A DNA stretch of 64,000 nt from Podarcis filfolensis. Lineage: Eukaryota. The position numbers and the translations under genes were made by a program. Numbering within the stretch: position 1 is the stretch's first letter; the number at the start of each line of letters is the position of its first letter. Below are positions 53,281 through 64,000 of the stretch, one piece after another. The stretch lies in assembly GCA_964270895.1 (NCBI GenBank), contig OZ185439.1. One strand, given 5' to 3'. Under the pieces are notes generated by a model. It saw only the letters and a program-made list of their open reading frames with translations. It did no database searches and was not told where the DNA came from.

Positions 53281-53568
53281 CTTGTTCGCTAGGATCCAAC
53301 TGAGACTTTCTGACAGTGAGGTCCAAGGGCGAGTCCTGGTCAGCCATGAGAAGTTTGCTGAGCACAGGATTTTGAGCCGTTGCACCCACAGGGGATGAGG
53401 CTACCAGAGATGCTTTCAGCAGGCTTTGGTTCTTTGTGCTATTGGGCGAGCTGGAGTCCTGAGTAGAGCTAGTTTTTGAGGTATATTCAGCAGCAAACTG
53501 TCGAATCATCCGCTGCATGATCTCACGGGCCACTAGGGGAATGTTGGGGTCAGAGACCCTATGACTGT
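53281..53568 (-). CDS. LCOR: LCOR shared exon containing canonical start (ATG 53518), LxxLL NR box and PLDLT CtBP motif
   Basis: accatgtag acceptor, GTATG donor at 53280; 288 nt; (D)SHRVSDPNIPLVAREI-MQRMIRQFAAEYTSK...NPVLSKLLMADQDSPLDLTVRKSQLDPSEQ. Confidence 0.95.
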
Positions 53569-54967
53569 CTACATGGTAAAATAAAATAAATAAGAAGGAA
53601 GTTTTATGTAGAACAAATTTTAAAGCAAGACAACTTCCGATACTGAGGGTTGTGGGTTTTTTTAATTAAAAAAAGCTACAATATTTTAACATGCAATTGC
53701 AAGACAATAAAAAGGCACAGATCTTACATCAGGGGCTCTCTTAACAGCATCTTCAAGATCTGAAGCAACTTATAGAATTGTGCACCCATTCCCTACAGCT
53801 CCCTCTCTTAACTGCATTTAAAAGAGCCACTATGTCTGCACCAGCTCCTTAAGATCACAATGCCCAATTTTTAACACAGAGAATTTAAAAATGATATAAT
53901 ACATTCACAAGAATGAAATAATTTCTTCAATGCTGGAATGGAAAAAGGGAGGCAAATTAAGCATGTATTTCTTTGTATGGAGGTTTAAAGAATCACATTC
54001 CAGTATAGCAGCCCTTTACCAACATAAGACAGAGACCAAATTGAATTCTAGGTCTGCAATAATCTGTCATCAAAATAAGCTGAGCTAAAGAGCACGAACT
54101 AATAAATTATCAATGTGAATCTCGCCTAAGCCGAAATTCTCTAGGTAGAATTAGACAAGCCATCTTAAATCCACAATTTCTCTTACCTTCCCCACAACCA
54201 CATGGATATAATATTTGCCTATTTACTGGTTCTGACATAATATATGTACGGTACTTTGAACACAAACTCTGCTGTGTAAATGCTGTTATTAGTAACTCCC
54301 TAAAATTCTTCTCTTCCCACCAGTCCAGCTGCCTGAGAAATCTTGGGCACTACAAGGGCGTTTTTTCAGCTAGAACTCAGCAGAACTCAGTTCCAGGTGG
54401 GTGTGATTGTCATTATAAGAGAAAAAGAGAAGTGTTCATGGCACCTCTTTTTCTAGAAAAAAAGCACATGGCACCGCTGCATGGAGACAAAATTTAGAGC
54501 AAAAACTACCCAGAGGGTGGTGAGCCTTTCGGGCCCAGTGGGACAGAACTTTATCTCCCCTCAACTCTGTGAGCCAACTTCTAACAGGTGGGTAGGACTG
54601 CCCAAATGTCAATCATCTAACATCACAATAACACCAGCAGATTGATACATCAACATTGGGCCACAGGAGTCAAAGGACTCAGGAGATAGTTCAAAAGTCT
54701 TGTTCTTCCCTGTATGCAGCACTTCACAAATTCCTGAAAACCAGGTAATTGTTGGGCCTCTGGGAAGTGCTTGGGAAGCATGTCAGGTGCAAGATATATT
54801 TAAAGGTGTCAACCAGTGTCTTTTATAGATTATTTGTACAGATAAAAAACCTTGAGATTTTATGGAAATAATACATGGCTATCTCAAAAAAAGTATATTA
54901 AAAAGATCAGTTAGCCAAGCATGCAAGCCAGTTAGAGTATTAATTTCATTCTTTCATCATGACCAAC

Positions 54968-55100
54968 CTTTTCGATAAAAGACTGCATGGATAAATTCTT
55001 CCGCTTGCCTCTCGAACCGAATGATTTTCGCTTGCTCTTGTCTAAGCAGAGCTTGGTGCCCAACTTCCAAAGCTGGCTCATCCAGACTGACTAAGTGTTC
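54968..55100 (-). CDS. LCOR: LCOR exon upstream of the canonical ATG, open in frame
   Basis: ttttcatag acceptor, GT donor at 54967; 133 nt; EHLVSLDEPALEVGHQALLRQEQAKIIRFERQAEEFIHAVFYRK(D), resembling the LCORL N-terminus. Missed by the ORF track. Exon status is well supported; coding status is inferred. Confidence 0.82.
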
Positions 55101-58100
55101 CTATGAAAAATATTTAATACAAATGTAAAAATATAAACACCTCTTCTTTTTTATGCTGACTTTAAAAAAACTGCTCACTGTAAAGACAGTGATACAATTT
55201 GATCTGATACAATTTGGAATATATGTCAGAATTTGTCAGCCATCTCTCATTGCTTAACATTTAGGGCTGCACATTTGTTAAGAAACAGTTTCCACTAAAC
55301 TCGGTGGCAGATACATCTGAGTAAATATATTCAGGATCTTAATTCATCTTAAATGATGAATGCACCAACAAAGTCACAATATTAAATACAAAACAAGAAA
55401 GGTAGAACCATCTTTTCATTATTTAATAAAATTTACCATATAAGGAAAAGTACTCAAAATTTTCACTTCAAACTGATCAAACACAGGGTTGTTCCAACCA
55501 AGGCATGGGGGGGGGGTGGAGTGGCAACCTGCCTGGCTGCTGATTGCAACTCTACATTATGTGAAGGGGCAAGGGAAAATTGGTTCAAGGAAAATATGTG
55601 GGGGGATTATGTTGCCGCTGCTGCTTTTACTACTAAGTTCTGTGCCCCAGTCTTGAAAATTTTACCATTTTCTCCTGCCCTCCAAAAAAAAACTACTTCA
55701 TTTTTCTCCTCCCACGCACCTAAAAGTCCCTTTCCATCAAAACCTCTACCACACTACTCATAAACTATATTTAGGGAGAGTACATCCAAAGTACCTAAGG
55801 AAACTGATCAACACTGAGGTCAAATCACATGCCCCGTTAGGCATGTAAGTAACCTATCCATTTTCTGTCAAGGTTGAACTTAAATCTCCAGAGTCAAGAT
55901 TTTATGAAAAAATGACTGTCTGAGAACCCAATCATAAGCACACAATGAAATTCAGTTTGTTAATGCTCTTACCCCTATTTAAGAAATTGGGAACTTTACA
56001 TCTGAAATAGACCTCTTTAAAAGAAATCCCACATCAAGCACAGCAGTCTGTGAAATCACTAATACAGGAAACAGTTACAAAGTCCCTACTTTCCATATGC
56101 AACCACTAGATAGCACTCATGGCCATGGTTGCCACCTGGCCTTTCCAAGAAGAAACCTGGATTCAAAAGATATTGCCAAGCAGCAAACCAGGTTCTTTAA
56201 GAGGAGTGTGATTACATTCAACAGGAATTTCCCCCTGTCTCCATTAAATCCCTGTTGATTAATTCTTATCCAAAATAGTCTGTAGGTATTTGTGCAGGAT
56301 GAGGACAGATGCTGCTGGATCCAAAATAAAGAGTTTGATGTTATCCACATGCAACTCTTTCCAATAGTCTAACCATCTCAACCCAGTGACATTATACAGA
56401 TGTTAAACCATACTGGCAAGTGAATATCTCCAAAAGGTATTATAGAAGTAGTAAAGGTGCACAAATGATAATCAAGGTCACAGCCTTTGAAATATTGCTT
56501 TAACTATGGGAGCACATGTAAGTAGTTCCTGAATGTTATAGATGGAAATGAAAAGAAATGCTCGGTAGAGCCTTTCTTGTCCTATAGTGAAGAGAATGAC
56601 AAGATGGTGTGCTCACCCTAGTTTTGATGTAACAAAACAAGTGGAGGGGGAGAAACACACCTCTTTCCATTTGTAGGTTCTCATAAATAATTATTTCACC
56701 CCACACAATATATAAATAACATGAAATTTCTATAAGACAAGATGGGGTCTAGTAGATATAAACCTATCAATGAATATTAGACACATTACCTAAATGTTAT
56801 GCTCATGTTCAAGAAGCAACATACCCTTCAGAATCCAAGTCTAGAACTGAAACAACAGGAGACACCCATTATCATTCTGTTCTATTTCTGAGCTTTCTAG
56901 TTATTATTCACCACTGTTGGAAACAGAATGCTGAGCACAACAGAATGGACAGATCCATTTTTAGGTTCTTAATCCGAAAGGATCCGAAAGGTCATCAAAA
57001 CATTGCCCTTCAACACACACATACAATGGGAACAAAGAAAAAGAACGGACTTTAAAATATATGATCAATGCCCGTTAAGAGATTGGGTATGAGGTAAAGT
57101 GTCTAGCATGTCTTAAGAAACACTCTCCCAAGTGCTTCAGGCAACTTATACCTTTAATATCCCACATAACTCCTTGCCAGAATTATGCAAAATAAGCAGC
57201 TTGGCTTAAGCTCTTCAACCTATGCATAATTTATAAAGGCTAAATAATTTTATTTTTTTCTTGGCACAATTTAGTTTACCTTGCTGCCTGTTTGATTCAA
57301 TTTTTGAAACAGAAGTGCTCACATGAATTTTAAGACTCTACTTTATTCTGCTTTGTCTGAAAATCCATCCTTTCCTTACAGGTAAAAATCCCTTGCATAG
57401 AACAAGGTACCTAATGTTAGTATATATCAGTAAAGAACTCACAACACTTTTTAAAAAATACTTTCAGTAACACTGGCTTCATTGAATAGGGTTGCTGCTG
57501 TCCACATATGCCAACTGAATATGGTGTTATAGCGGTGAAGGACAAAAATGGATCGAAAAGGAATTGTAAGGAAGGAATAAAGAAGTGGATCAATGACAGT
57601 TAGGCACCAAATGTCTTCAAGGAATGAACCACCCTGTGTGCTGGTATATAGCACACTGTCAAACATAGGCTAATAACACAAAACACAATATGCTCAACAG
57701 TTCCAAAACATCAACCACCCTCAGACTAAGGCTAGGTAGGGTATTATGTAGCCCCAGCAAACCTTGGTACAAAAAAGCAACAGTGAAGGATATCTCATGT
57801 ATCCAGATCACAGCAAGGGCTTACACCACTCTTGACCTATAGAACCACAATACATAGGATCACAAGAAAGAACTTGGCTATGGGAAACTTTAGTGAAAAT
57901 GTACTGTACACAAACCCAAGGATAACAGGGTGCTGATAAAAAAGTGCTACAGAAAACAAAGAAAAATAGAACATTTGTGTGTTCTGACTTTCCCAAGGAA
58001 TTCTACAGTATTTATTCATGTCACACATTCTTCCACAAGGCAACTCAACAGTGCATAGATAGGGTTCCCAAGTGCTTTGCCAATCAGGCACTGGCCAGAA

Positions 58101-58808
58101 CCAATCCTACTGTAGCTTCAGCAAGGCTGAAGGATCTGCATTATGATCTGCATTAGGATTCTGGACACAAATGCCAAACAGAATTTTCAACTCTTAAGCT
58201 GAAACACAAGATGCAACACAAAGCACCAGCACAGGTAACCAAGGGAGGGGGAGGCCAGTTTAACACCAAAGTGTATCTTAACATACACCCAGAACAGGGA
58301 TGGGCAAATGATCAGCACCAAGATCAAGAAATGTTTATACCCAGGTAAGCCCCCAGGAGAAGCTACTAAAGGAATGCCAAGCACAAACAACCAAGGCCTT
58401 GGATTTCAAGCACTCTGCTCACTAGCAGTGCTTGATCTAACAACTCTATACTATCCTTTCTTGCATAAGGAGCACAACCAGAAAATACATGGCAGAATAA
58501 TCATGACTAAAGTAAACTATGACTGCCTACTGTAAACTACTTAGTAGTATTTTGTTGTAATAGGCTGAAAATAAATGTTAAATAAATAAAAAATAACTTC
58601 AGTGCAATATGCTCCTCTGGAAAGCTGCATACAGTCCCTAACATTAAATTTTCCAACATCTAAACCCCACCTCAATTATGGAGAATATAAGGTGACCACA
58701 ATGACAAGAGGAGCATGTATGGGTCATGGATTCCTCAGCAAGACTGATGGAATGGGGATACAGATTGAGGCTTTCTTGTGCACTGACCAATCCACTCCTT
58801 TGCAATGA

Positions 58809-58817
58809 ACACACACG

Positions 58818-58855
<38 letters not shown>
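58809..58855. repeat. (AC)n microsatellite
   Basis: Nearly perfect AC run with one interruption near 58817. Confidence 0.95.
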
Positions 58856-58856
<1 letters not shown>

Positions 58857-59061
58857 TTGGTACCTACTTTTCTTAATAAAATGATCTGAAACAAGAGTAT
58901 AAAACAATAAAATGAATTAAAAATCAAGCAATCAATGAACAATAAAACATACATAGTTCAATAGCTATTTAGAAAGTGCAGTGACACAGATTCAATCCAA
59001 AGCCCAGGTGGTTAAGTAGGTCTTCAACTAGTGCTGAAAGCTAACAAGAGTTGCCACCAAC

Positions 59062-59203
59062 CAGTGTTTTCTTCTAGAAAAAAGGTGCCGGTACTCACCA
59101 TGAAGTTGTTACATTAAGTGCCACATTTTTAAGCAGTGCTTTTCTTCTAGGAAAAAAGGTGCTGGTACTACGTAACCTTGAGTACCCCCAGAAAAAAGCA
59201 CTG
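59062..59203. mobile_element. Short TIR element with duplicated left end; related copy at 54355-54468
   Basis: cagtgYttt(t)cttctag(g)aaaaaaggtgcYggtact at 59062 and 59134; right end cagaaaaaagcactg. Confidence 0.5.
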
Positions 59204-60464
59204 TCGTCAACTGTAAATGAAGGGTAAGGGAGTTCCACCATCAGGGCACCATGCATCTCAGGTGCAAACTCTCTGATACTACTGTTGGCATGCATCTTTT
59301 TTGCATTGCAAACTACGATGCAATACCCACTAAGGCAAGGATGCTTCCCTACTTGGTATCACACAAACAGCTAAGATAGCCTGGAGAAGAAGCAATCCTT
59401 TGCACACTACTTGAAACCACCAGAAGAACTGAGAGAGCTGAATTAGTTAATCCATTTACTTGACACTATTGGAGGTGGTTTAAGCGCAGGAACACCTCTC
59501 CTGCACACCACCACAGACTTCACACATATCATGTGTATGTAACAGTGCCCACAAAGGGATAACTGAGGCACTAACTGCCGTGCTGCAATAGCCACCAGAA
59601 TGGAGTTTAACATCTTCCCAATGAGTAATCACTCCTCATCAGCCATGATGATCTGGCAGGCCCCTCATTCCTGCCTCACCTAGAAGTGCCAACTTCTAGA
59701 ATGTAGCCAAATAATTATTTTTATTTATAATCCACCAACTCATTTAAAAAAACTAAGGTGGTGTACAGTTAAATCATTAAAACACCTTAAAATCTTAGGC
59801 TCATAAAATACAGAATGAATAGCCAACAGTGAAAATACAGGGGAAGATGGAAAATGAACAGAAAGCGAGAAATGACCTGGGGATTTGAGCATTCACTGAC
59901 TCAATCCATCCACAATGGTCATTGAACTGTCAACCACTCCAGCTAGTTTCCCCATCCTCTGTGGGACTTCACAGTTGGGGACACCAATAACTGCACTTGG
60001 AAACTATGTTATGGGGCAATGAACTCATGAACAAACAACATATTGCACCCAAATTTTGTGGTCCACTATTCTGATTAGTGAAACAGGGCCAACAAGACAA
60101 AGCTCAGGAGTTGAGGTTGGGATGTTGCTCTCACACAGCTAGGCTCTTGCCCCACTGCCTCAAATAAATTGCCTTTCTGCTACCTCTATCCTTTACCATC
60201 TGAAACTGTTGCCAGCAAGAAATCTATTCAGCATATTGCACCTTGTACAAAAACATTATCAGTGGCACCAGCATCATCTAAGAACGAGCTTATGCAAACC
60301 ATACCCATATACTCCCAGGAACAGCCTAAATATCCTAGAGTCTCAAGTGTAATACACAGAATCTACACCTAATATGCCATTCTACAAGGCATGGATGACC
60401 AACTGGCTAGACTGCTGATGCAGGCAAACTGCCAATGGCATGTAAGAACTCTGCTAAACTATGT

Positions 60465-60935
60465 GCATTGGCTGTCCATTTGCTACTGGGACCAGGTTCC
60501 AGGCTCTTGTGGTAATATATAAAGCCCTGAACAACTCGAGTCCAGGATACCTTAAGGACCACCTGAGCCCTTATATCCAAACTCAATCATTAAGATAATC
60601 CAGAGGAGCAATTAGTTGTTCCCTAAATTACAGAGGTCCAACTGGCTTCAACCAGAGGTTGGGCATTTAGTGTTGCCAGGCCCATGCTGTAGAATATTCT
60701 TCCACCACAGATTCATGAGGTATCCTCGCTACTGACTTTCGGGTGTCTCATGAAGAACTTTTTATGCTGACAGGTTTATGAAGTTATTTAAACTTTCCTG
60801 ATTAGCCAGTCATTTTAACAATTACTATTGGGGGGTTTTAGTTTTCATTGCATGTTATGTTTTATTGTATATACTGTTGTACATCACCTTGATATTTTAT
60901 GAGTTGGCAGTATATAAATATTTCTATAAATAAAA
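60465..60935 (+). mobile_element. Degenerate L2 LINE 3' end
   Basis: Motif ..ALVVIYKALNNSSPGYLKDHLSPY followed by L2-type 3' tail; boundaries approximate. Confidence 0.7.
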
Positions 60936-61291
60936 ATGATAAAAGCAATGCAAAGCAACACCATTATTGCACAGCATAGCCATCTGCAATGCAGATACTT
61001 TGGTTACAATCTTAACACCCTATCACTGATCTATGACAGAATCTCTGTGAAACAGGCATCATCATTGCCTCTTGTCTAAGAGAAGAGTACAAAAAAGGTT
61101 CCACATATGCAACAAGGAAACTTCTGCTAAGCTTGGACACTTGTGGATCAAAATGAGCACTCCACACAGATCCCTATCCAGCTTCTTAAAAGTGACATGG
61201 GACTGATCTACTTCCCTCAGTGGACTCAGGCATAACTGTACAAAGGGTCATGGAGTACAGACCACAAGTACATGCATGCCATCAAAGTTTC

Positions 61292-61977
61292 TTAACACCT
61301 ACCAAAATAGCTAAAATGTATAAGACAAAAACAAATCTGTGCTGGAGGTGTGGTAAAACAGAGGGGACACTTATACATGTGTGGTGGACCTGTGAAAAAA
61401 ATCAAAAGCTTCTGGAACACAGTGTATGATAAGCTTAACAAAATGTTTAAGTATAACTTTATGAAAAATACAGAAGCTTTTCTACTAGGGATAACGGACA
61501 CAGGCATAGCAAGAGATGATCAGAAAATATTCCTTGATGCCACAGGAGCGGCAAGGATCCTAATTGCTAAAAACTGGAAAAAAGAAACTGTGCCAACAAA
61601 AAAGGAATGGCAAGATAAACTGTTAGAGTACATTGAACTGACTAGATTAACAGAGGCAATTAGAGATCACACTAGACAAGTTTCAAAAAGCATGGGGGGA
61701 AATGCAGAGAATACTTCACAAAACAGTCCCCTAAAATACATACCTGGACTTGTTTCAATTAATGTCTGCAGGAGACTTTGTGGATATTTAAGTTATAATT
61801 AGAAAAATCTTAATAATTATTCATAAAGGACACAATTTATACGAAGTAAATAAGGAGGCCAGATACAGGATAAAGGAAGTCTTTTATTTGGTTGTTTGTA
61901 TTGTTGTATGTTATGTTCACTGTGGGGTGGGGGTGGGGGGTTGTGTTATGTTGTAAATAAAATTCCAATTAAAAAAA
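61292..61977 (+). mobile_element. 5'-truncated L1 LINE
   Basis: ORF2 C-terminal CWRC-x8-H-x4-C knuckle, then KSFWNTVY..PEAFLLGI-like motif, G-rich 3'UTR, AATAAA and A tail; 9-bp TSD caaagtttc at 61283-61291 and 61978-61986; at least two frameshifts. Confidence 0.88.
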
Positions 61978-62099
61978 CAAAGTTTCCCCATAAAATATGT
62001 AAAATGAATATAGATAATAAAAAGGAATTAACGCCAAATAGAAATTTTTGAGAGTTTTGATATTTTGTATCTGACAAAGAGAAAGAATGATTCCCTGAT

Positions 62100-63410
62100 G
62101 TTAGTATTTATTGATTTATCCCCTGCCTTTTTCTCTGACGGAACTCAAGGCAGCTTACAGATAAAAGTAAGAACTGCTAAAAACATAACAATCATTAAAA
62201 AAAATGAAACATCAATAGAATTAAAACTATATACATATATAGAATCTGTTAAAATCATATCAATAATTACAACACAGCATCAGCTCTTTCATTAAAACAG
62301 TCAGTTCACAAAAACATGTTGAAGCAAGGAACTCTTCACCTGCAGGCAGAAATACAACAAGGAGCGAGCCAATGTAGCTTCTCTAAGGAGTGAATTCCAA
62401 ACTCTGGGAGCAGCCACTGAGAACGCTCCCTACCAAGCGCGCCTGTGAGGGTGGCAGAACTGAGAGAAGAGCCTCCTCTGAAGTTCTCATATGAGGGAAT
62501 ACGGTCTTTCAGATAGCTTGGACCTAGGCCCTGTAGGGCAATAGGTTGTAACCAGCACTTTGAATTGTGCCTGGAAACAGACTGGTAGCCAGTGGAGCTG
62601 TTATAGTAAGGGAGACATATGCTTCCTATAACCAACCCTGGGCCCCAATCTGGCTGCAGCTCTTTGAGCCAGTTGAAGTTTGCAAAGTGTAGTGTGTGTT
62701 ACAGGCATCCAAATGGGATGTAACTAAGGAGTATATCACTGTGGCCAGTGATCAAGGGGTACAGTTGGCACACAATCTTTAACTGTGCAAATGCACTTCT
62801 TGCCCCTACAGAGACCTGGGCATCCAGGCCCAGGGCTAAGTTCAAGAGCACACCGAAACTGCAAACCTGTGTCTTCAAGGAAGTGTTACCCCCATTCAGC
62901 ACAGCCTGAATCCCTGTTCCCTGTTCCGCCTTCCAAATGACCACTACTGTCTTGTCTAGATTCAGTTTCAATTTGTTCACTGTCACCCAGTCCATTACTG
63001 ATGACAGGCACCATTTTAGAACCAAGACAGCTTTCTTGGATTTAGGTGGAAAGGAGAAATAGAGCTGTGGGTGTCATCAGCATACTAGTGACACCGAGCC
63101 CCCAAACTCTAGAAACCTCTCCCAGCAGTTTCATGTAAATGTTAAATAACAGTATAGAACCCTGAGGAACCCTGCAGGTCAACAGCCAAGACATCAAACA
63201 GAAGTCCCCCAGCATCACCTTCTGTGTTTGCTGCCCCTCCAGGAAGGGACCCGCTGTTAAAGAGTGCCTCCAAGTCCCATCCCAGCAAGGCAGATCTAAT
63301 CAGTCTCCTCCACTCAAACTGAGGTGCCACCACACACTCTAGAACCTTGCCCCAAAATGGGATAAAGCAGATTGGAAAAGTTTTCTTTTTAAAAACAAAA
63401 AACAAAAGTC
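62100..63410 (-). mobile_element. Degenerate L2 LINE with reverse transcriptase remnants
   Basis: YADD codons at 63084-63073, WVTVNKLKLNLDKT, GLGPSYLKDRI, GKVLECVVA motifs spread over several frames; L2-type tail near 62100. Confidence 0.82.
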
Positions 63411-64000
63411 ATATTATATTTAATGTTACATTTACACTGACAGTTTACCTTAAAATAAATGTTCTGTGCTCATCTAAAATACAAAACTAATTAGAGTTCC
63501 TATCAAATATATTTCTATTTTTAAAACTCTTTTATGTATATTCTGGAAAAAAACACCTTTCTTATCAGGACATTCATCCCTCCAGATTTTCCTCAAATGT
63601 CTTATTATCTAACAGTGATATCCAATGCAGTGCTCACACAAGAGGGCTTCTCCTTTCTCTCTTCCCCCTGCAACCTCTTATAAACCTCCAATCTGTTTCA
63701 GAGGATTGAGACACTCTCCAGAGCAAATACTGGGGGCACACAGAGGCAGTAGGGGGAGAAAAGAAATCAGAAATCCTATTCTGCAAGCAGATGAATATAT
63801 TGGATGTTGTCCTAAAGTTATGCTTGTTAGAGCTTTTGTCTCTAAGTGCCTTGTTGAATTGTCTCTCCATCACCTGAGAGAAAATACATTTAACAAAGCT
63901 CAAAAGAAAATTGCAATCATAACTTAGGATGGCAACTGCATAGTAACACTAGCCATGTAACATATCAACCCAGCTTAAATTTATTTTATCTAGCATTCAT

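Noticed and set aside
58644-58954. CVCVCV ORFs
   Set aside because: Translations of the (AC)n repeat.
1-64000. CRISPR arrays, operons, rRNA or tRNA genes
   Set aside because: None seen. The sequence is intron-rich vertebrate DNA, and the only tRNA-like segments are SINE heads.

Overview
Vertebrate genomic DNA, most likely a squamate reptile (Sauria SINEs with ACCTTT tails; lacertid-like repeats). Two convergent genes fill the window. On the + strand are the last six coding exons of SLIT1 (944-4874; EGF repeats, laminin-G domain, cystine knot). On the - strand is the 3' part of LCOR: three shared exons (55100-54968, 53568-53281, 48817-48724) and two alternative terminal exons. Exon 45731-44762 gives the 433-aa HTH LCoR isoform; exon 22373-17684 gives the PALI1/C10orf12 PRC2-accessory isoform (1673 aa from the canonical Met). 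Each isoform probably has a 9-10 kb 3'UTR. Introns hold three Sauria SINEs, Tc1/mariner-type and hAT-type MITEs, L1 and L2 fragments and microsatellites. I see no new multi-gene system. The best leads are: a candidate 36-nt frame-preserving cassette exon (29061-29026) ahead of the PALI1 exon, a weaker 99-nt candidate, an open N-terminal extension overlapped by a spliced 49-aa uORF, and loss of the aromatic residue after one of the two PALI1 methyl-lysine motifs. Most short ORFs in the supplied track are noise or antisense shadows. Human comparisons are from memory and were not re-checked.
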